Shown here: in pieces, positions 57,579-64,000 of the stretch
Numbering within the stretch: the stretch's first letter is position 1
Layout: each line of letters opens with the position of its first letter
Assembly: GCA_028710985.1 (NCBI GenBank)
Contig: JAQTTB010000002.1
Coordinates: 86,750-150,749, forward strand
DNA from: Patescibacteria group bacterium
GTDB taxonomy: Bacteria > Patescibacteriota > Patescibacteriia > JAHJFT01
Reading direction: 5' to 3'
Length of the DNA stretch: 64,000 nt
The notes under the pieces: model-generated
What the model saw: the letters and a program-made list of their open reading frames with translations, nothing else
The model's database searches: none
What the model was told of the DNA's origin: nothing
Translations under genes and position numbers: made by a program

Positions 57579-58827
57579 AACTATTCAAATATTTCCGTCC
57601 CTTCAATTCTTCGGGCAGATAGTCCTGTTCCACCTTGCCCTCGTAATTTGGATTGTATTTATACCCCTTGCCATATCCCAGATCCTTCATTAAATCCGTA
57701 GGCGCGTTCCGGATATGCAAGGGCACGGGCAAATTCTCCAACTCTTTAATATCTTTCTGCACGCTGCAGTATGCCATGTAAAGTTTGTTTGATTTCGGAG
57801 CTTTGGAAAGATATGCCACGGCCTGCGCCAGAATTACGTTGCATTCCGGCATGCCGAGATAATGCGATGCCGTGAACGCCGAAACCGCTTGAACCAGCGC
57901 GTTTGGATCCGCAAGGCCGATATCCTCGCTTGCGAACCGGACCAGCCGCCGCGCCACATAAAGCGGGTCTTCACCACCCTCGAGCATGCGGCCGAGCCAA
58001 TAAAGCGCCGCATTCGCATCCGAACCGCGCATTGACTTATGCAGAGCGGAAATTATGTTGTAATGCTCTTCGCCGGTCTTGTCATACAAAAGATGTGTCC
58101 GCTGGAGCGCCTCGGCGAGGTCCTTCAGCTCCAATTTTACCATTTTTTGACCGTTTTTTGAAGTGGAGTTAACCGCAGTCTCCAGGGCGTTTAACGCGGT
58201 CCGCGCATCTCCGGCCGCCATGTTGGCAAGATAATCCAGGACTTTTGGCTCAACTTGAATATTCATTGCCCCGAGTCCCCTGACTTCATCTCGAAGGGCG
58301 AAGTCCAGAATACGCCGGGTTTCCGCGGGCTTGAGCAGGTTCAAAACAAAAACCCGGCACCGCGATAAAAGCGCGGAATTTACTTCAAAGCTCGGATTTT
58401 CGGTTGTCGCACCGATTAAAATTATGTTTCCCTGTTCAACGTGCGGCAAAAACGCGTCCTGCTGGGCTTTGTTGAAACGGTGTATTTCGTCAACAAAAAA
58501 TATTGTTTTTTTAAGATAGAGCCGGCGGTCTTCTTTGGCTTTTTCAATAATCTTTTTGACCTCGGCGATTCCCGTGGAAACGGCTGTAACCTCCACGAAA
58601 TTTGATTTGGTCTGATTGGCAATAATTTTCGCGAGCGTTGTCTTGCCGGTTCCGGGCGGACCCCAAAAAATCATTGAAGGCGGCTGATCGCTCTCCAGAA
58701 GATTGCGCAGCATTTTGCCTTCGCCGACCAAATGCTCCTGGCCGACGAACTCGCTCAAAGTCCTTGGCCTCATACGATCCGCGAGCGGCGAGGGTGTGCG
58801 CCTTAGGTTTTGACTAAATAAATCCAT
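57577..58827 (-). CDS. rarA: replication-associated recombination protein A (RarA/MgsA)
   Basis: PLADRMRP, WGPPGTGKT, DEIHRF, GATTENPSF, SALHKSMRGSD, ASEDIG. Confidence 0.96.
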   Translation of the reverse strand: MDLFSQNLRRTPSPLADRMRPRTLSEFVGQEHLVGEGKMLRNLLESDQPPSMIFWGPPGTGKTTLAKIIANQTKSNFVEVTAVSTGIAEVKKIIEKAKEDRRLYLKKTIFFVDEIHRFNKAQQDAFLPHVEQGNIILIGATTENPSFEVNSALLSRCRVFVLNLLKPAETRRILDFALRDEVRGLGAMNIQVEPKVLDYLANMAAGDARTALNALETAVNSTSKNGQKMVKLELKDLAEALQRTHLLYDKTGEEHYNIISALHKSMRGSDANAALYWLGRMLEGGEDPLYVARRLVRFASEDIGLADPNALVQAVSAFTASHYLGMPECNVILAQAVAYLSKAPKSNKLYMAYCSVQKDIKELENLPVPLHIRNAPTDLMKDLGYGKGYKYNPNYEGKVEQDYLPEELKGRKYLNS

Positions 58828-58864
58828 AATGATAAACTGTTGCCAATATTTCAAGGAGGAAGGG

Positions 58865-59083
58865 ATGAATAAGGTAAGGGAGTTCTTTTCCAATCTCTGG
58901 GATGACGAACTGTGGCGAGACTTTCGCTGCCATTTCGGCTTTCATCAGCCGCCCCATCGGTCGCCTTCGGACATTGAACCCGGCAAAACCGACTTCTTCT
59001 GTCCACATTGCGGACTCGTCCTCAAGACCGTCTCTTATGAGCGGCCGGAAGATGCCCTGCACACCTGGGTACTGGATGGCTAA
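58865..59083 (+). CDS. small Cys/His protein (possible Zn finger)
   Basis: SD AAGGAGG; CHFGFH...CPHC; terminator at 59091-59118. Confidence 0.55.
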   Translation: MNKVREFFSNLWDDELWRDFRCHFGFHQPPHRSPSDIEPGKTDFFCPHCGLVLKTVSYERPEDALHTWVLDG

Positions 59084-59230
59084 CGCGTCTCGTCTCCCGC
59101 GGTGCGGGAGACTTTTTTATTTAATATAAGCGAAATTCTTGACTTAATATTACAAACATGCTAGAATTTAGTCAAATTATTCTTCATCGGGCCTGCCTGC
59201 GGCAGGCAGGCTGTAGCTTAATACTCAATT

Positions 59231-59595
59231 AATATTTCATCGGGCTGTAGCGTCCCGACATTCCGCCGCGGGCGGAAGTCGGGACTCATACTTTAGAATA
59301 TTAAAAAAGATGAGAAAAGGATTTGTATATATTTTACAAAGCACCTCTAATGGTAGATTTTATATCGGCTCTAGCACAGATGTAGCGCATCGACTAATTG
59401 ATCATAATTACGGCAGAGTGAAATCAACGAAAAACAAGGGGCCATGGGTATTAAAGCTTGTACAATCCTATGATACAATTACCGAGGCAAAACAAATTGA
59501 ATACAGACTAAAAAAATTAAAGCGTCGAGATTTTATTGAAAAAATCATCGAAGAGGGCCATATTAAGCTAAAGAATATTTCATCGGGCTGTAGCG
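59231..59595 (+). mobile_element. GIY-YIG cassette between 22-bp direct repeats at tRNA-Pro 5' end
   Basis: aatatttcatcgggctgtagcg at 59231-59252 and 59574-59595. Confidence 0.7.
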
Positions 59596-59627
59596 CAGTT
59601 GGTAGCGCGCATCGTTCGGGACGATGA
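59310..59627 (+). CDS. small GIY-YIG nuclease (UPF0213-like)
   Basis: FVYILQS...FYIGS...RL..HN.G...STK..GPW...A.QIE..LK; stop codon lies inside tRNA-Pro. Confidence 0.9.
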   Translation: MRKGFVYILQSTSNGRFYIGSSTDVAHRLIDHNYGRVKSTKNKGPWVLKLVQSYDTITEAKQIEYRLKKLKRRDFIEKIIEEGHIKLKNISSGCSAVGSAHRSGR

Positions 59628-59659
59628 GGCCGCGGGTTCGAGTCCCGCCAGCCCGACCA
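59584..59659 (+). tRNA. tRNA-Pro (CGG)
   Basis: CGGGCTG/CAGCCCG acceptor, loop TTCGGGA, GGTTCGAGTCC, CCA. Confidence 0.95.
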
Positions 59660-59685
59660 TTATAAATACAAATCTATTTCGAAAA

Positions 59686-59824
59686 GGGACTCGAAGGGCG
59701 CGAGAAAATGCGACCCTGGGAGCATTTGGTGCGCAGCGCCCCGGACCGCGAGCCTGCCTGCCGGCAGGCAGGTCGGAGCGAGCGGGAGTCCCGCCAGCCT
59801 GCCTGCCGCAGGCAGACCCGACCA
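59686..59824 (+). repeat. post-tRNA module: antisense T-arm, palindromes, interrupted tRNA-Pro 3' copy
   Basis: gggactcgaa is the reverse complement of the T-arm; gagtcccgccag[19-bp palindrome]cccgacca. Confidence 0.75.
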
Positions 59825-59877
59825 AAAAATAAATAAAACCGCCGCCGGATACCGGGGCGGTTTTTGAATTTAATTCG

Positions 59878-60408
59878 CTAATAATCAATTCCCGCTCTCG
59901 CCGCGACACCCTGATCCATATAATGCTTCACATTCCTCATGTCAGTCACCAGATCCGCGGCCTGCATTATTTCCGGCCGCGCGTTGCGTCCGGTAAGCAC
60001 CAATTCAATGCGCTCCGGCTTGGGCAAAATCAAATCCAGAACATCGGCGAGCGCGACAAGTTCCTGATGCAGAATATTATTAATCTCGTCAAGAATCAAA
60101 ACATCATGCTCGGCGCGTTCCAGGATCTCGCGCGCGATTTCCAATCCCCTTTTTGCTTCCCACCTGTCCTCATCGGTTACCGAAAAATCAAATTGATCCG
60201 TTGCTGGGTTAAACCTCGCGCGGCCGCATGCCCAAAAATCAATTTCGTCTGCAAAACGCTTTTCAAACATCTTTCTTTCCGAATAAAAATCCCCGCCCTT
60301 GTCAAAATACACAATCGCCACGCGCCGTCCTGACTGCACCGCCCTCATCGCAAGTCCGATTGCCGCCGTGGTCTTCCCTTTTCCATCACCAGTATAGACA
60401 TGTATCAT
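59878..60408 (-). CDS. btuR: cob(I)alamin adenosyltransferase CobA/BtuR
   Basis: YTGDGKGKTTAAIG, ILDEI, ELVLTGR, ADLVT.M..VKH, ARAGIDY. Confidence 0.9.
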   Translation of the reverse strand: MIHVYTGDGKGKTTAAIGLAMRAVQSGRRVAIVYFDKGGDFYSERKMFEKRFADEIDFWACGRARFNPATDQFDFSVTDEDRWEAKRGLEIAREILERAEHDVLILDEINNILHQELVALADVLDLILPKPERIELVLTGRNARPEIMQAADLVTDMRNVKHYMDQGVAARAGIDY

Positions 60409-60486
60409 CTCGTAGAGATTATTGTATTAAATTCCTACAAGCCTGCCTGCCGGCAGGCAGGCTACTTCCTACAAGCTACAAGCTCG

Positions 60487-63400
60487 TCAGGAGCAGCCGC
60501 TCGTTCCTCCGCAGTTCAAACATTTATAGCACGCGCCGTTTCTCACCATCATGCTGCCGCAGGTATCGCAAACCGGCGCGTCGGCTTGCATGTCAAAAGT
60601 CACTGTGTCATCCTGTCCGAGCTGGCGGCCGAGCGGTAATTTTTGTTTTTTCAAATCAATCTCTTCAACCTTTTCCGAGGGCGTCTGCGTCTCTATCTGC
60701 TGGGGCAGTTCCTGCGGCGCGTTGATGCCGATCATTGCCTGCTCTTCGGCCGGCAAAAATTTCATAGACAACCAGCGGAAAATATAATCAATAATTGATT
60801 TCGCGATACGGATATTCGGATTGTTAGTCACACCCGACGGCTCAAACCGCATGTGCGCGAATTTATTCACCAGCACGCGGAGCGGCACTCCGTACTGCAT
60901 GCCAATTGAAACTGACGTGGCAAATGCGTCCATGAGTCCGGAGATCACGCTGCCCGTCTTGCTCATGGTGATAAAAATCTCTCCTGGTTCGCCGTTGTCA
61001 AACATACCGACCGTAATATAACCCTCGTGATTGGCTACCGAGAATTTATGGGTGATAGAACGGCGCTCATCCGGCATACGGCGGCGGCGCGGCTTGTACT
61101 CTTCGGCTCTTGCCTCGGCCGCTTTTGCCGGTTTCACATCCTTGCCGTCTTTCGAAGTAGTGAGCGGCTGGGTGCGTTTTGAATTGTTGCGGTAGATCGC
61201 GATTGCCTTAAGACCAGAACGCCAGGCCAGCATATAAGTTTCCGCGATTTCATCTTCGGTCGCATCCTCCGGCATGTTTACGGTTTTGGAAATCGCACCC
61301 GAAAGAAACGGCTGGACCGCGGACATCATTTTCACGTGTCCGATGTAATGGATACTTCGCTTGCCGTTCTGCGGTTTAAAAGCGCAGTCAAAAACCTTGA
61401 GATGCTCTTCTTTGAGATTCGGCGCGCCCTCAATCGTATCGTTCGCGTCAATGTATTCCAGGATCAACTTTACCTGTTCGGCCGGATATCCCAGATCGGC
61501 AAGCGCTTCAGGCACGGTGTGATTAATCATTTTAATTAAGCCGCCGCCGACCAGCCATTTATATTTTACAAGCGCGATATCCGGCTCAATGCCCGTGGTA
61601 TCGCAATCCATCAAGAATCCGATCGTTCCGGTCGGCGCAAGAACCGTCACCTGCGCGTTCTTGTACCCGCTCTCTTGGCCGTGCGCCAAAGCCTCATCCC
61701 ACATGCGGTTTGCTGTTTCCAGAAGAAGCGGCGGCGCGCCCGCCGGTTCGATCCGCTGGCTCGCATCACGATGCATTTCAATCACACGCAAAAACGATTC
61801 TTCATTTTCCGGATAACAACGGAAGGTGCCCAGGCGTTCCGCCAGGCGGGCCGACTGGTCATAAGCCGTCGCGGTCATAAGAGATGTCACTCCGGCCGCG
61901 AAATTTCGTCCTTCATCACCGTCATAAGCCAGGCCGCGCGACATAAGAAGCGCGCCGAGATTGGCATACCCCAGCCCGAGCGGACGAAAATCCCGCGCGT
62001 TCTGCTCGATCGCCGGCGTAGGATAGGAAGAATTGTCAATCACAATCTCCTGCGCCGTGACCAAGGTCCGAGCGGTATGGATAAATTGTTGCGTATCAAA
62101 CTCACCGTCTTCACGACGGCATTTCATCAAATTGATTGAAGCGAGATTGCACGCCGAATCATCCAGAAACATATATTCCGAGCAGGGATTGGAGGCATTA
62201 ATGCGGCCCGACACCGGACAGGTGTGCCAGCGGTTCACGGTCGTGTCGAACTGCAGGCCCGGATCGCCGCAAATCCACGCCGCCTTGGAAATCTGCTTCA
62301 TCAAATCCTTGGCGCGAAATTTTTCAAGTGTCTCGCCGGTGGTCACTTTTTTTGTCGCCCACTCTTCATCCGCCTCAACCGCGTGCATGAAATCGTCGTT
62401 CACGCGCACGCTGTTATTTGCATTTTGAAAAAATATTGAATTATACGCCTCGCCGTCAAATGATCCGTCATACCCCGCGTCAATTAACGCCCATGCTTTT
62501 TTCTCTTCGCTGGATTTGCAGTTTATAAATTCAACAATATCCGGATGGTCAATATTTAAAATTACCATCTTGGCCGCGCGCCGCGTCTTGCCGCCGGACT
62601 TGATAACCCCGGCAAAAGCGTCAAAGCCCTTCATGAAAGAAACCGGCCCCGAAGACTTGCCCGACGAGGAACCCAGAAACTCTTTTGAAGAACGAAGTGA
62701 TGAAAGATTGCTGCCCGTTCCGGAACCGTATTTAAAAAGCATGCCCTCGGTCATCGCGAGGTTCAGAATCGAACGCATGTCATCCTGCACCGAATTAATA
62801 AAGCATGCCGATGTCTGCGGCCGCTCGCTGATACCCACATTAAACCAGACTGGGCTATTGAACGCCGCGTATTGATTCGCGAGAATATAACATAGCTCGT
62901 CTTCAAACGCCTGCGCGTCTTCCTGGGTTTCAAAATATCCACCGCAGCGCCCCCAGTCGGTAATCGTTTTTGTAACCCGGTCAATCATCTGCTTCAGGCT
63001 CAACTCCCGATCCGGTTTGCCAATCTGGCCGCGAAAATATTTGGAAACAACAATATTTGTCGCGGTTTGCGACCAGGCTTTGGGAACCTCAACATCCTTT
63101 TGCTCAAAAACCACCTCGCCCTTGTCGTTCGTGATGCGGGCGTCACGCCGCTCCCACTCAATCGCATCATATGGATGTACTCCCGGAACTGTAAAAAACC
63201 GCGTGAACCGGATGCCCGGACCGTAAACCGGAACCTTCTCCAGGCTCTGGCCTTTTTTCTGGCGGTAAGCAATAAAACACTTGGCCACGTGCGTCAGATT
63301 ATGGTCAATCAGCGTTACCTGAACAATTTCACGCACCTCATCGGACGTCGGGGTGGTGTGCCCGTTGAATTGATACGCCAGCCGGCTCAAGACCTGGCTC

Positions 63401-63630
63401 GCGACCTTGCGCGCCAGAGCCGCATCCTTCATCCCCGCGTCCGTAAAGCTGTACCAAATAGATTTGGTGAGCTTATCCGGGTTGAAATCCTGCACGTCCC
63501 CGTTTCTTTTCTTTATATTTTTTACCGTGGCCAAATACTGCCAAACCCGCTCCGGCACCTCCTTGGCCGCAAGTGAATCCGTGACGGAAAAAAATTGTTT
63601 TTCTTGGCCGCGCGAAATTGATTGGTCCAT
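60487..63630 (-). CDS. nrdJ: class II (AdoCbl-dependent) ribonucleotide reductase with N-terminal ATP cone
   Basis: KKRNG ATP cone, FNSPVWFN, SACFI, NPCSE, APTGTI, C-terminal TSCPD and CxxC..CxxC. Confidence 0.95.
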   Translation of the reverse strand: MDQSISRGQEKQFFSVTDSLAAKEVPERVWQYLATVKNIKKRNGDVQDFNPDKLTKSIWYSFTDAGMKDAALARKVASQVLSRLAYQFNGHTTPTSDEVREIVQVTLIDHNLTHVAKCFIAYRQKKGQSLEKVPVYGPGIRFTRFFTVPGVHPYDAIEWERRDARITNDKGEVVFEQKDVEVPKAWSQTATNIVVSKYFRGQIGKPDRELSLKQMIDRVTKTITDWGRCGGYFETQEDAQAFEDELCYILANQYAAFNSPVWFNVGISERPQTSACFINSVQDDMRSILNLAMTEGMLFKYGSGTGSNLSSLRSSKEFLGSSSGKSSGPVSFMKGFDAFAGVIKSGGKTRRAAKMVILNIDHPDIVEFINCKSSEEKKAWALIDAGYDGSFDGEAYNSIFFQNANNSVRVNDDFMHAVEADEEWATKKVTTGETLEKFRAKDLMKQISKAAWICGDPGLQFDTTVNRWHTCPVSGRINASNPCSEYMFLDDSACNLASINLMKCRREDGEFDTQQFIHTARTLVTAQEIVIDNSSYPTPAIEQNARDFRPLGLGYANLGALLMSRGLAYDGDEGRNFAAGVTSLMTATAYDQSARLAERLGTFRCYPENEESFLRVIEMHRDASQRIEPAGAPPLLLETANRMWDEALAHGQESGYKNAQVTVLAPTGTIGFLMDCDTTGIEPDIALVKYKWLVGGGLIKMINHTVPEALADLGYPAEQVKLILEYIDANDTIEGAPNLKEEHLKVFDCAFKPQNGKRSIHYIGHVKMMSAVQPFLSGAISKTVNMPEDATEDEIAETYMLAWRSGLKAIAIYRNNSKRTQPLTTSKDGKDVKPAKAAEARAEEYKPRRRRMPDERRSITHKFSVANHEGYITVGMFDNGEPGEIFITMSKTGSVISGLMDAFATSVSIGMQYGVPLRVLVNKFAHMRFEPSGVTNNPNIRIAKSIIDYIFRWLSMKFLPAEEQAMIGINAPQELPQQIETQTPSEKVEEIDLKKQKLPLGRQLGQDDTVTFDMQADAPVCDTCGSMMVRNGACYKCLNCGGTSGCS

Positions 63631-63672
63631 ATTGGCAATATTTAGCTGTATTTAAAGCGAGAATAAAAAATA

Positions 63673-63712
63673 CCTGCCTGCCGCCTGCCTGCCGGTAGGC
63701 AGGGCAGGCAGG
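63673..63712. repeat. nested CCTGCC palindrome (one copy inserted in another)
   Basis: cctgcctgccg[cctgcctgccggtaggcagg]gcaggcagg. Confidence 0.85.
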
Positions 63713-63748
63713 TGAGTCGTAAAACGGATAACTCATATTAATGTCCTG

Positions 63749-63797
63749 ACACAATATCTTGTGCCCGCAAAAACTATTATAACACAAGATATTGTGT
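63749..63797 (-). promoter_or_regulatory. tandem NrdR boxes upstream of nrdJ
   Basis: acacaatatcttgtgc (63749) and acacaagatattgtgt (63782) fit acaCwAtATaTwGtgt. Confidence 0.8.
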
Positions 63798-63803
63798 TCC
63801 GCT

Positions 63804-63812
63804 TGTGGATAA
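63804..63812 (-). promoter_or_regulatory. DnaA box
   Basis: TTATCCACA on minus strand next to the NrdR boxes. Confidence 0.55.
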
Positions 63813-63840
63813 CTCACCCAATTTCTGGTTCTGCTATTGC

Positions 63841-64000
63841 CTAAAATTTATACAGATAAAAGCACCCCGCCCCAACCCGCTCTTTCCGGACCGCCGACCG
63901 CCTGAGAAGCGGAAAGGCGCAACAAACCACCCTCGCCCCAGGCTTAACCTCTTTTTCAATCTTTTCTTCGAGTCGAACCATGGCCTTGGGCATAAGGTAG
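63841..64000 (-). CDS. C-terminal part of a class I SAM-dependent methyltransferase (runs off window)
   Basis: YLMPKAMVRLEEKIEKEVKPGARVVCCAF...FYLYKF*. Confidence 0.6.
   Translation of the reverse strand, partial: YLMPKAMVRLEEKIEKEVKPGARVVCCAFPLLRRSAVRKERVGAGCFYLYKF

Noticed and set aside
60487-63630. Intein or intron in nrdJ
   Set aside because: Length is explained by ATP cone plus catalytic and C-terminal domains; no intein splice motifs or frame breaks seen.
63720-63812. Replication origin from DnaA box
   Set aside because: One perfect box only, no dnaA/dnaN nearby; better explained as nrdJ regulation.

Overview
A 64-kb chromosomal window, standard genetic code, that looks like a Patescibacteria/CPR (Parcubacteria-type) genome. 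This is inferred from gene content, SD-less core genes and typical CPR hypothetical families. It is mostly housekeeping: a fragmented cell-wall/division set (ftsB, murE, murD, murG-ftsW-mraY, murA, murF-ftsI), rml sugar genes, pyrG, rpmA, rplI, the hrcA-grpE-dnaK-dnaJ operon with a variant CIRCE, a MacAB-type ABC exporter, rarA, and class II RNR nrdJ with cobA/btuR and NrdR boxes. There are three tRNAs (Lys, Glu, Pro). Four things stand out. (1) An ORF-free, ~550-nt, highly base-paired transcription unit at 48.6-49.2 kb has its own sigma70 promoter, terminator and a duplicated 53/55-nt module; it is a candidate undescribed large ncRNA. (2) A GIY-YIG nuclease cassette sits at the 5' end of tRNA-Pro between 22-bp direct repeats, with palindrome-interrupted 5' and 3' tRNA fragments, and the same architecture without the nuclease occurs at tRNA-Lys. 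(3) Two other small nucleases (DUF559, RAYT) each carry their own hairpin repeats. (4) A set of SD-led orphan gene cassettes includes a possible remote DGR target. All calls were made by eye; no database search or folding computation was run.
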